Origin: Arthrobacter sp.
GTDB taxonomy: Bacteria; Actinomycetota; Actinomycetes; Actinomycetales; Micrococcaceae
Length of the DNA: 64,000 bases
Assembly: GCA_035466775.1 (NCBI GenBank)
Contig: DATIUQ010000154.1
Span: 1,092-65,091, forward strand
Direction of reading: 5' to 3'
The position numbers and the translations under genes were made by a program. The notes beneath the pieces are model-generated. The model was not told where the DNA came from and did no database searches. It saw only the letters and a program-made list of their open reading frames with translations. Positions 1 to 8,577 of the stretch are shown here, piece by piece. The stretch's first letter is position 1. Each line of letters begins with the position of its first letter.

Positions 1-78
1 CACCAGGTCTGTGACCTTGACGACCGAATCCTCGTCGTGGACGGGCTTTGCGGCGGCTGCCGCGCTGGTGGCGCTCAT
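1..78 (-). CDS. livF: ABC transporter ATP-binding protein (LivF-like), 5' end only; runs off the window
   Basis: ATG at 78-76 overlaps the livG stop (ATGA); reads MSATSAAAAAKPVHDEDSVVKVTDLV; position in the liv operon. Confidence 0.65.
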   Translation of the reverse strand, partial: MSATSAAAAAKPVHDEDSVVKVTDLV

Positions 79-1187
79 TCTGTGTCCTTCTCTGTGCGGG
101 TCGGCTCCTCGGCGCTGCGCCGGCCGCGCGCCGGACCGTTGGCGTCCGGGGCCGCGGGCGAGTCCGTTTCACTGGCAACGACGTCGAGCGAGATAATGCC
201 TGCGTTTTCGGTGCCGACAATCGATTCCTCATCGGCGACCAGTTCGGCGGCGAGCTCCTTGATGCCTTCCGAGTCGCCGAGATCCACGTCGTGGTGGGCG
301 CCAAGGTAGGCGTCGATCACGGCCGGGTTCTTCATGACCTCGCCGGGCGGGCCTTCGGCCACGATCTTGCCCTCAGCCATGACCACGACCCAGTCCGCGA
401 TGTGCCGGACCATGTGCATGTCGTGCTCGACGAACAGCACGGTCATGCCCTCGGCCTTGAGGTTCTTGATGTGGTCCAGCAAGGACTGCGTCAGGGCCGG
501 GTTGACGCCTGCCATCGGCTCGTCGAGCATGACCAGCTTGGGCCGCACCATAAGGGAGCGTGCCATTTCCAGGAGCTTGCGCTGGCCGCCGGAGAGGGAC
601 GCCGCGTAGTCGTCCTTCTTGGCATCCAGCTTGAACTTCTGCAGCAGCACATTGGCTTCTTCGGTGATCTTCTTTTCCTGGCCGCCCCAGATGCCCTTGA
701 AGAGGGCCTTGGACAGCCGCTCGCCGGACTGTGCGGAGGCGCCGAGGCGCATGTTCTCCATCACCGTGAGCTTGCCCATGACCTTGGTCAGCTGGAACGT
801 GCGGACCATGCCCATGCGGGCAACCTTGTACGAGGAGACACCGGCAATGCTCTGGCCCTCGAACTGCCACTTGCCCGTGTTCGGAGTGTCGAAGCCGGTC
901 AGCAGGTTGAACAGGGTGGTCTTGCCGGCGCCGTTGGGGCCGATCAGCGCGGTGATCTTGTGCCTCGGGATTTCGAGGTACTCGACGTCGACGGCGTTGA
1001 TGCCGCCGAAGCTGCGGGTGACGTTCTCCGCCACCACGATCGGATCGCGCTTCTTGCAGCCGGGGACAGCCTCGCCCACGGCGATCGGACGTGAGTCCGT
1101 CATGTAGTTGATGTTGTCAGGGTTGTCCCGGTTTCCCGGGTCTCCCACATTTCCAGACGGACGGGGTTCTTCGCTCTGCGTGCTCAT
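75..1187 (-). CDS. livG: Branched-chain amino acid ABC transporter ATP-binding protein (LivG-like)
   Basis: Walker A GPNGAGKTT, signature LSGGQ, Walker B VMLDEP, H-loop VEHDM. Confidence 0.9.
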   Translation of the reverse strand: MSTQSEEPRPSGNVGDPGNRDNPDNINYMTDSRPIAVGEAVPGCKKRDPIVVAENVTRSFGGINAVDVEYLEIPRHKITALIGPNGAGKTTLFNLLTGFDTPNTGKWQFEGQSIAGVSSYKVARMGMVRTFQLTKVMGKLTVMENMRLGASAQSGERLSKALFKGIWGGQEKKITEEANVLLQKFKLDAKKDDYAASLSGGQRKLLEMARSLMVRPKLVMLDEPMAGVNPALTQSLLDHIKNLKAEGMTVLFVEHDMHMVRHIADWVVVMAEGKIVAEGPPGEVMKNPAVIDAYLGAHHDVDLGDSEGIKELAAELVADEESIVGTENAGIISLDVVASETDSPAAPDANGPARGRRSAEEPTRTEKDTE

Positions 1188-2152
1188 GCGAACGCCAGCT
1201 CCTTCTTATTGCCGAGGACACCCTGGGGCCTGAAGATCATCAGTAGCATCAGCGCGACACCCACGAGGATGTACCGCAGCTGGCCGGCCTGGACAGTGTT
1301 CAGCCAGGTGATGGCGCCGGATTCGATCAGGCCGTACAGGATGCCTTGAGTGAGGGACAGCACCACCCAGAAGATCATGGCGCCGATGACCGGTCCCAGC
1401 ACCGTGCCCAGGCCGCCAAGCAGCAGGCAGGTGTAGAGGAAGAACGTCAGCTCGGTGCCATAGTTGGCCGGCTGGACCGCGCCGCGGGGGAGGGTGAAGA
1501 TCATGCCTGCGAGGGCGCCGAGGACGCCACCGATGATCAGGGCCTGCATCTTGTACGCGTACACGTTCTTGCCGAGCGAGCGGACGGCGTTTTCGTCCTC
1601 GCGGATGCCCTTGAGGACACGTCCCCAGGGGCTGCGCATCAGCAGCCACACCAGGATGCAGCACAGGGCAACGAGGGCCCAGGCAACCACGCGGATGAAG
1701 AAGTCCCGGTTGTTCATGCCCATGTAGGAGCCTTCGGGGAAGGGGTTCATTGCATAGAACCCGCCTTCGAAGGCGGCCAGGCCGTTGGCGGAACCGGTGA
1801 TGGCGGTCAGCTGGTTGGTCGTGACGATATAGCGCACGATTTCCGCCGCCGCGATCGTCACGATAGCCAGGTAGTCGGCCCGCAGCCGGAGGGTGGGTAT
1901 ACCCAGCAGCAAAGCAAAGATGGCCGAACAGACCACCGCGATCAGCAGACCGATGAAGAACGGGACGCCGAACGTCAGGGTGGAGATGGCGAAGCCGTAG
2001 GCCCCCACCGCCATGAAGCCTGCCTGGCCAAAGTTCAGCAGGCCCGAGTAGCCGAAGTGAACCGCGAGGCCGAGCGTGGCAAGGGCGTATGCCGCCGTCG
2101 TCGGGCTGAACAGTTCGCCGGCAGCGCTGGAAAATATGAATCCGAAATCCAT
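1184..2152 (-). CDS. livM: Branched-chain amino acid ABC transporter permease (LivM-like)
   Basis: GYSGLLNFGQAGF, LRLRADYLAI, IREDENAVRSLG motifs; multiple TM helices. Confidence 0.9.
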   Translation of the reverse strand: MDFGFIFSSAAGELFSPTTAAYALATLGLAVHFGYSGLLNFGQAGFMAVGAYGFAISTLTFGVPFFIGLLIAVVCSAIFALLLGIPTLRLRADYLAIVTIAAAEIVRYIVTTNQLTAITGSANGLAAFEGGFYAMNPFPEGSYMGMNNRDFFIRVVAWALVALCCILVWLLMRSPWGRVLKGIREDENAVRSLGKNVYAYKMQALIIGGVLGALAGMIFTLPRGAVQPANYGTELTFFLYTCLLLGGLGTVLGPVIGAMIFWVVLSLTQGILYGLIESGAITWLNTVQAGQLRYILVGVALMLLMIFRPQGVLGNKKELAFA

Positions 2153-2161
2153 GTCTGTCTC

Positions 2162-3502
2162 CTAACCCACGCGCTCGCGCCGGCCCAAGATGCCTTGGGG
2201 CCGGATCAGAAGGACAATAATCATGATGAACAGTGCTCCCACGTATTTGAGGTCGGCGGCGAGGCCGAACACGGTGGTCAGCTCCACGAAGATACCGACG
2301 ATGATGGATCCGATCAGGGCACCCCACACCGTGCCGAGGCCGCCCAGGGTGACGCCGGCGAAGATGAGCAGCAGGATCTGCGAACCCATGTCGAACGTGA
2401 CACCTGGCCGGTAGTACGCCCACAGGATGCCGCCGAGGGAGGCGAGCATGCCGCCGGTGACCCAGACAATCCGGATGACGGAGTCGACGTCGATGCCTGA
2501 GGCTGCCGCCAGCGCCGGGTTGTCGGCCACCGCGCGGGTGGCCTTTCCGAGCCGGGTCTTGAGCAGGATGATGCCGAGGAGGGCAATGACCACGGCGCTG
2601 ATCACGAGGGACCAAAGGTTGTTGGGGGAGATGGAGATCAGGCCAAGCTGGATCTCCGCGCTCTGTGCGTACGGCAGCTGCTGGGTGGCGCCGCCGAAGA
2701 AGAACTGGATCACGTACCGGACGGCCAGGGCGAGGCCGATGCTCACGATCATCATCGGAACCAGGCCGGTGCCGCGGCGCCGCAGCGGCTTCCACAGGCC
2801 TGCGTCCTGGGCGTAGCCGAATAGGCCGCCGCCGAGCAGGGCAAGCAGGATGGCCAGCCAGAACGGGAGGTTCATGGCGTTAAACGCGAAGACCAGGACG
2901 GCGCCGAGGGTGACCATTTCACCGTGGGCGAAGTTGGTCAACCCGGTGGTGCCGAAGATCAGCGAGAGCCCCACGGAGGCGAGGGCCAGCAGAAGCCCGA
3001 AGCTCAGGCCCGCCACGAGGCGGTTGATCAGGTTCTGGCCGAAGTCCTGCTGCTGCACAACGATGCCTTCACCGAAGGCGAAGATCACCGAGAGGTTGGA
3101 GGTCTGGCTGAAAGTGACCTTGCGGGGGTTTTCCTGGCCCTCAGCGAGCTTGATGCCTTCCGGGAGTGTGGATTCATCCAGCTCGACTTCGTAGGTTCCC
3201 TGGGTGGGCACGCCGATGGTCCAGGCGCCGTTGGCACCCGACTTGGCCGTTCCGGTGAAGTCGCCGTTCTTGGCGGTGATGGTGACGTCGGCGATCGGCG
3301 CACGGTCGTCGCCGCGCAGGAAGCCGCTGATGCTGTTCTGGAACGTGGTTGCCGACGGGGATGGTGTCGGAGAGGGGCTCGTGGCCTGTGATGCCGGCGC
3401 GACGATCAGCAGTAGCGCGGCCACGGCGGCAAATACAGCCCCCACAACTTTCAGCAGTCTGCCGCGCCGTCTCTGCGACAGGCCTCTCGGTGTGCTTCTC
3501 AA
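2162..3502 (-). CDS. livH: Branched-chain amino acid ABC permease (LivH-like) with N-terminal signal peptide and extracytoplasmic beta-domain
   Basis: GLTNFAHGEMV and RAVADNPALAAASGI motifs; start placed at TTG 3502, 8 nt after a GGAGG SD (ORF track extends to 3625). Confidence 0.85.
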   Translation of the reverse strand: MRSTPRGLSQRRRGRLLKVVGAVFAAVAALLLIVAPASQATSPSPTPSPSATTFQNSISGFLRGDDRAPIADVTITAKNGDFTGTAKSGANGAWTIGVPTQGTYEVELDESTLPEGIKLAEGQENPRKVTFSQTSNLSVIFAFGEGIVVQQQDFGQNLINRLVAGLSFGLLLALASVGLSLIFGTTGLTNFAHGEMVTLGAVLVFAFNAMNLPFWLAILLALLGGGLFGYAQDAGLWKPLRRRGTGLVPMMIVSIGLALAVRYVIQFFFGGATQQLPYAQSAEIQLGLISISPNNLWSLVISAVVIALLGIILLKTRLGKATRAVADNPALAAASGIDVDSVIRIVWVTGGMLASLGGILWAYYRPGVTFDMGSQILLLIFAGVTLGGLGTVWGALIGSIIVGIFVELTTVFGLAADLKYVGALFIMIIVLLIRPQGILGRRERVG

Positions 3503-3610
3503 AATGAAAACCTCCACATGGGGGTGGTGTGGGTTGCGCCATTGCAACCGCTGCGAACAGTCAGGGTGACGGGGGTGGTGCGTGGTGCGATGCGTTGGAG
3601 CATTAGGGCT

Positions 3611-3626
3611 TGTGATATCCGTCACC
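3611..3626. promoter_or_regulatory. CRP/GlxR-like operator TGTGA-N6-TCAC
   Basis: TGTGAtatccgTCACC just downstream of a candidate minus-strand -10 TAACAT (3638-3643) for the liv operon. Confidence 0.5.
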
Positions 3627-3978
3627 CTATTTGGCCCATGTTACAGCCCGTTCGGGGCAAAGAATGTCGTCGCGAGCAGGCAGAACGTCGCGATCGGGTA
3701 ACAACCGTGAAGCCCCGGGGGTGGGGTGGTTTACCGGTCCTAAAGTAAACTTTTGTTGTTCAGGAGTATGCCTAAACAGTCGGTCCCAGCGCGGCGGTGA
3801 AGCACTGCGGGGACACGGCCCAGAGGTCACGGTTGGGTTGCGGCAGAGGCGCCCCGGGAACTAACACTGCACGCCGGCTGTTGAAATTGGTAGCGTGTTG
3901 TAACCGAGCAGTTTGTAACCTAGCGCTGACGGTTCACCACCGGACCATCATTCACCCCCTATTTGGAGGACACCCGCA

Positions 3979-4902
3979 ATGGCACTTGGCGGAAACCCAG
4001 TCTTCAACGGAAAGAACTTCCGTGGAGCAACCCAGGCACCGCCTGCCCCGCAGGCTTATGGACAGGGCCCGTACGGCCAGAACGCCTACGGACAGGGCCA
4101 GTTCGGCCAGGCCCAGTATGGCCAGACCCAGGCCGGGTGGAACCCGGCCCAGCAGGGCATGGCCCAGGACCAGCTCCAGGACATGTACAACCGTCCTGCC
4201 GCCGGACCCGCCGATACGGGCCGCATGACCTACGACGATGTCATCATGAAGACCGCGGCCTGCCTCGCCGCAGTCGTCGCCGGTGCTGCCGTCACCCTGG
4301 TGGTCGCCGAGGGCCTGGCCTACATGCTGATGATTGTCGGCGCACTGGGCGGTTTCGTCCTCGCGCTCGTCAACACCTTCAAGAAGCAGCCCTCCCCGGC
4401 GCTGATCCTGGCCTACGCGGCACTCGAGGGCCTTTTCCTCGGCGGGCTGACGCGGATCCTCGACGGCATGTTCCCCGGTGTCGGCCTGCAGGCCGTGATC
4501 GGCACGCTGTCCGTGTTCGCAGTGACCCTGGTGCTCTTCCGGAGCGGCAAGGTCCGGGCCACACCGAAGGCCATGCGCTTCTTTATGATCGCCATGATCG
4601 GCTACGCCGTCTTCGCGCTCATCAACATGGTGATGATGTGGACCGGGGCCGTCGATTCCCCGTTCGGCCTGCGCAGCGAAGTGGAGATCATGGGCATCCC
4701 GCTGGGTGTCTTCATCGGTGTGCTGGCGATCGGCCTCGCCGCGTTCTCCCTGATCATGGACTTCACCAGCATCGAAGCCGGCGTCCGCAGCGGCGCCCCG
4801 CAGCGCTTCTCCTGGACCGCGGCCTTCGGCCTCACGGTGACGCTGGTGTGGCTCTACGTTGAGATCATCCGCCTGCTGGCCATCCTCCGTGGCGACGAGT
4901 AA
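3979..4902 (+). CDS. Bax inhibitor-1/YccA family membrane protein
   Basis: GGAGG SD; Gln/Gly-rich N-terminus, ~7 TM helices, C-terminal LVWLYVEIIRLL. Confidence 0.85.
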   Translation: MALGGNPVFNGKNFRGATQAPPAPQAYGQGPYGQNAYGQGQFGQAQYGQTQAGWNPAQQGMAQDQLQDMYNRPAAGPADTGRMTYDDVIMKTAACLAAVVAGAAVTLVVAEGLAYMLMIVGALGGFVLALVNTFKKQPSPALILAYAALEGLFLGGLTRILDGMFPGVGLQAVIGTLSVFAVTLVLFRSGKVRATPKAMRFFMIAMIGYAVFALINMVMMWTGAVDSPFGLRSEVEIMGIPLGVFIGVLAIGLAAFSLIMDFTSIEAGVRSGAPQRFSWTAAFGLTVTLVWLYVEIIRLLAILRGDE

Positions 4903-4937
4903 CAGCGTCGCTCACAGCCGGTAGCTGAAGCCTAACC

Positions 4938-4971
4938 AAGAGGAGCCCCGCCGCAAGGCGGGGCTCCTCTT
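4938..4971. terminator. Bidirectional intrinsic terminator hairpin
   Basis: AAGAGGAGCCCCGCC-GCAA-GGCGGGGCTCCTCTT (15-bp stem) between convergent genes. Confidence 0.8.
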
Positions 4972-5004
4972 GCGTCTGCCCGCTGTGCCGCGGCGGGTGC
5001 CGGC

Positions 5005-6243
5005 TCAGCTCAGCCGCTCCAGCACCACGGCCATGCCCTGGCCGCCGCCGACGCACAGCGTCGCCAGCCCAAGGGTCGCATCGCGTTCGCGGAGGCCGTT
5101 GAGGAGGGTGGTGGTCATCCGGGCGCCGGTCATGCCGAAGGGGTGCCCCAGCGCGATCGCGCCGCCGTGGACGTTGAGCTTGTCATGATCGATCCCGAGT
5201 TCCCTGGCGCTGGCGACGACCTGCACCGCGAAGGCCTCGTTGAGTTCCACAAGGTCGATGTCCTGGATCCCCAGCCCGGCAAGCTCCAGCGCCCGGCGGC
5301 TCGCCTCCACCGGACCCATGCCCATGAGCTCGGGGGAGAGGGCGCTGACGCCGGTCGAGACAATCCGTGCCAGCGGTTCCAGCCCGAGTTCGCGGGCCCG
5401 GATATCACTCATCACGACGACGGCGGCCGCTCCGTCGTTCAGCGGGCAGGCGTTGCCGGCGGTGACGGTGCCCCCGGCGCGGAAGACGGGCTGCAGGGCG
5501 CTGACCGCTTCGAGGGTGACGCCGGCCCGCGGGGAGTCGTCCCGGCTGATCACGGTGCCGTCCTTACGGGTGTAGGGCGTGATCTCGCGGGCATAGAATC
5601 CGGAAGCGGCAGCTGCTTCGGCGCGGTTCTGGCTCAGCACCGCCCAGGCGTCCTGGTCCGCCCGGCTGATGCCGAAGCTGGTGGCGACGTTCTCGGCGGT
5701 CTGGCCCATGGCGATGTAGACATCCGGCATGCGGCCGCCCAGCCGAGGATCCGTCCACGGCGTATTGGACCCGGCCCGGGCGGCCGTGCGCTGCCGGGCG
5801 GCGTCAAAGAGCGGGTTGTGTGTGCTTGCGTCCGTCTCTCCCGCGCCCGCCCAGTCGCGGTAGCGGGACACGGCCTCCACCCCGGCCGCGACGAACGCGT
5901 GCCCTTCGCCGGCCTTGATGGCGTGGAAGGCCATCCGGAGGGTCTGCAGGCTGGAGGCGCAGAATCGGTTGATGGTGGCGCCCGGGACATTGTCCAGCCC
6001 GGCCAGGATGGTGACCACCCGGGCCATGTTGGAACCGGCTTCGCCGCTGGGCTCGGCGCAGCCCAGGTAGAGGTCATCCAGGCCCCGTCCGGTGGCGTCC
6101 GCCGCGTCGAAGGACGGAATCCGGGCCAGGGCCGCGGCCACCATGGCGGCGGCGAGGTCGTCGGGGCGTTCATCCTTCAGCGAGCCCTTGAAGGCCCGTC
6201 CGATCGGGCTTCTGGCAGTGGAAACAATGACCGCTTCTGGCAT
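5005..6243 (-). CDS. Acetyl-CoA C-acyltransferase (thiolase)
   Basis: INRFCASS (catalytic Cys), NEAF, GHPFGMTG and CVGGGQG motifs; leaderless TAGGCT-N6-ATG. Confidence 0.92.
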   Translation of the reverse strand: MPEAVIVSTARSPIGRAFKGSLKDERPDDLAAAMVAAALARIPSFDAADATGRGLDDLYLGCAEPSGEAGSNMARVVTILAGLDNVPGATINRFCASSLQTLRMAFHAIKAGEGHAFVAAGVEAVSRYRDWAGAGETDASTHNPLFDAARQRTAARAGSNTPWTDPRLGGRMPDVYIAMGQTAENVATSFGISRADQDAWAVLSQNRAEAAAASGFYAREITPYTRKDGTVISRDDSPRAGVTLEAVSALQPVFRAGGTVTAGNACPLNDGAAAVVVMSDIRARELGLEPLARIVSTGVSALSPELMGMGPVEASRRALELAGLGIQDIDLVELNEAFAVQVVASARELGIDHDKLNVHGGAIALGHPFGMTGARMTTTLLNGLRERDATLGLATLCVGGGQGMAVVLERLS

Positions 6244-6263
6244 GCGCCCAGCCTACGCTCCGC

Positions 6264-7424
6264 CTAGGCCAGGCGCATCGCCCCGGCCGCGGGGCGGACG
6301 GTAAAGATGTCCGGCGCGGTGTACCCGGCCCCCGCGAAGGCCCGTCCGACGGCGGCGCGCACCTCCTGCTCCGCCGCCGCCGGGGTGAGCGCGATCGCGG
6401 AGCCGCCGAAACCGCCCCCGGTCATCCGGGCGCCGATCGCCCCGGCGGCACGGGCGGTCCCGACTGCGACGTCCAGTTCGGCGCAGGAAATCTCGAAGTC
6501 GTCCCGCATGGACGCGTGGGAGGCATCCAGTAGCGGGCCGATCGCCTCCGGCCCGGTGCTTTCAAGAACCCCGACCGTCTGCAGGACCCGCTCATTCTCC
6601 GTCACCACGTGCCGGACCCGGCGGAAGGTGACGGGGTCCAGCAGGCGGCCGGCCTCGTCCAGGTCCTCCAGCCCGACGTCGCGCAGGGCCCGCACGCCGA
6701 GCACCTCGGCACCGAGTTCGCAGGAGGCGCGCCGCTCGGCGTAGCCGCCGCCGGCGTGGGAATGCGACACCCTCGTGTCGATCACCAGCGTGACCAGCCC
6801 GGCGCTTTCGGCGTCGAACGGCACCAGCCGGATGCCCTGGTCGCGGCAGTCGAGGAAGAGGGCATGCCCGGCCGCCCCGCGGAGGGACGCCGACTGGTCC
6901 ATGATGCCGGTGGGGGCGCCGACGAAGTCGTTCTCCGCGCGCTGGGTGGCCAGGACCATGTCCCCGGCGTCCATACCCGCCCCGGCGAGCTCGTTGACCG
7001 CTGTGATGACGGCGCATTCAATGGCGTGGGACGACGACAGCCCGGCGCCGCGGGGAACATCGGAGTCCAGCAACAGGTCCAGGCCGCCGGCGTCGAATCC
7101 GCGCTGCTGCAGCGCCCACAGGACACCCAGCGGATACTTGGTCCATCCCCTCGCCGTGCCGCGGCTCAGCGCACCGGCATCCACCGTGGTCAGCCCCTGG
7201 TTGCCGAAGGTGGACAGCAGCCGGATTGTGGAATCCGACCGCAGGCGGACCGCCACCCGGGCTGTCCTGTCGATCGCAAACGGCAGCACGAACCCCTCGT
7301 TGTAGTCCGTATGCTCGCCGATCAGGTTGACGCGGCCCGGGGCCTGCCACACCCCGTCCGGCGCCGCGCCGAAGACGGACTCGAACCTCCCGGCCAGACG
7401 GGCGGCGTCGAGGGGGGCCGTCAT
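6264..7424 (-). CDS. galK: Galactokinase
   Basis: APGRVNLIGEHTDYNEG, PRGAGLSSS and GARMTGGGFGG GHMP motifs; start placed at ATG 7424. Confidence 0.92.
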   Translation of the reverse strand: MTAPLDAARLAGRFESVFGAAPDGVWQAPGRVNLIGEHTDYNEGFVLPFAIDRTARVAVRLRSDSTIRLLSTFGNQGLTTVDAGALSRGTARGWTKYPLGVLWALQQRGFDAGGLDLLLDSDVPRGAGLSSSHAIECAVITAVNELAGAGMDAGDMVLATQRAENDFVGAPTGIMDQSASLRGAAGHALFLDCRDQGIRLVPFDAESAGLVTLVIDTRVSHSHAGGGYAERRASCELGAEVLGVRALRDVGLEDLDEAGRLLDPVTFRRVRHVVTENERVLQTVGVLESTGPEAIGPLLDASHASMRDDFEISCAELDVAVGTARAAGAIGARMTGGGFGGSAIALTPAAAEQEVRAAVGRAFAGAGYTAPDIFTVRPAAGAMRLA

Positions 7425-7465
7425 GCGGTCTCGGCTGCGGGGGCGGTCCTGGATAAGCGCGTCAT
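7421..7465 (-). CDS. Candidate 14-aa leaderless upstream ORF (MTRLSRTAPAAETA) coupled to galK
   Basis: TACCGT-N6-ATG at 7465; its TGA overlaps the galK ATG (ATGA). Confidence 0.4.
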   Translation of the reverse strand: MTRLSRTAPAAETA

Positions 7466-7512
7466 GCGTCCACGGTATACGCCGCGGCGTGAGGCTGGGT
7501 ACGGTGGTGACC

Positions 7513-8496
7513 ATGGACGTGCAGACCCCCGCTTTCCCGGACTCCCCTTACAGCGACAGCCCCACCGATGGCACCGGCCCGGACGCATCGGCCCGGCGCT
7601 ACGCCACGGGCCGGCAGTACGAGCTGCGGCGCGGCGACGCGCTCGCCGTCGTCACGGAACTGGCCGCCGGGCTCCGGCTGTACAGCCGCGGCGGCACGGC
7701 GCTGACGGAAAGCTATGGGGACGGCGTGATTTCGCCCGGCGCCGCCGGGATTACGCTGGCGCCCTGGGCGAACCGCGTCGAGGACGGCGTCTGGTACCTG
7801 AACGGCAAGAAGCAGCAACTGGACATCACCGAGGTGTCCCGCAACAATGCCAGCCACGGACTGCTGCGCAACGCCTCCTATGAACTCGTCGACGAATCCG
7901 AATTTTCGGTCACACTCGAAGCAGCCGTGTTCCCGCAGCATGGCTATCCCTTCCTGCTGCGCCACCGCGTGCGCTACGAACTGGCCGCGGACCTTGGCCT
8001 TGTGGTCCGCCAGCTGCTCATCAACGACTCCCAGGAACCGGCCCCGTTCGTCCTCGGCGCCCACCCCTACCTCCGGCTGGGGGAGCTGCCGAGTGAGGAG
8101 CTCACCGTCACGGTCCGCGCCGGCACGAGGCTCGTGACGGACCAGCGGCTGATCCCGCGCGGCACGGAACCCGTGAGCGGCGACTTTGACCTCCGGGCCG
8201 GGCGGCTGGTCGGTGAACTGGCCCTCGATTCCGCCTACACGGACCTGGAGTTCGACGCCGGCATCGCCCGCCACACGCTGAGCGCGGCCGACGGGCGCAG
8301 CGTGAGCCTCTGGCAGGACGCGAACTGCAGCTACGTCCATGTCTTTGTCACCACGGAGTTCCCGGGCAGGGCCAAGGCGGTGGCGATCGAGCCGATGACC
8401 GGTCCCGCCAACGCGTTCAACAGCGGCGACGGGCTCCGCTGGCTGCCCCCGGGGGAGCGGTTCGCCATGACATGGGGGATCAGCGCCTCCCTCTGA
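7513..8496 (+). CDS. Aldose 1-epimerase family protein
   Basis: LAPWANRV, NASHGLL, GAHPYL and VAIEPMT motifs; TACGGT-N7-ATG at 7513. Confidence 0.85.
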   Translation: MDVQTPAFPDSPYSDSPTDGTGPDASARRYATGRQYELRRGDALAVVTELAAGLRLYSRGGTALTESYGDGVISPGAAGITLAPWANRVEDGVWYLNGKKQQLDITEVSRNNASHGLLRNASYELVDESEFSVTLEAAVFPQHGYPFLLRHRVRYELAADLGLVVRQLLINDSQEPAPFVLGAHPYLRLGELPSEELTVTVRAGTRLVTDQRLIPRGTEPVSGDFDLRAGRLVGELALDSAYTDLEFDAGIARHTLSAADGRSVSLWQDANCSYVHVFVTTEFPGRAKAVAIEPMTGPANAFNSGDGLRWLPPGERFAMTWGISASL

Positions 8497-8511
8497 GCCG
8501 TGGGCGGGGCA

Positions 8512-8550
8512 GGGTTTCCTATCCGGGTTTCCTATCCGGGTTTCCCATCC
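8512..8550 (+). repeat. 3 x 13-bp tandem repeat GGGTTTCC(T/C)ATCC
   Basis: Copies at 8512, 8525 and 8538. Confidence 0.9.
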
Positions 8551-8577
8551 GGGGGAGCGCTGGTGAATCATGGGGCT

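Noticed and set aside
3768-3800. Short ORF MPKQSVPARR after AGGAG
   Set aside because: The SD is only 1 nt from the ATG and there is no other support
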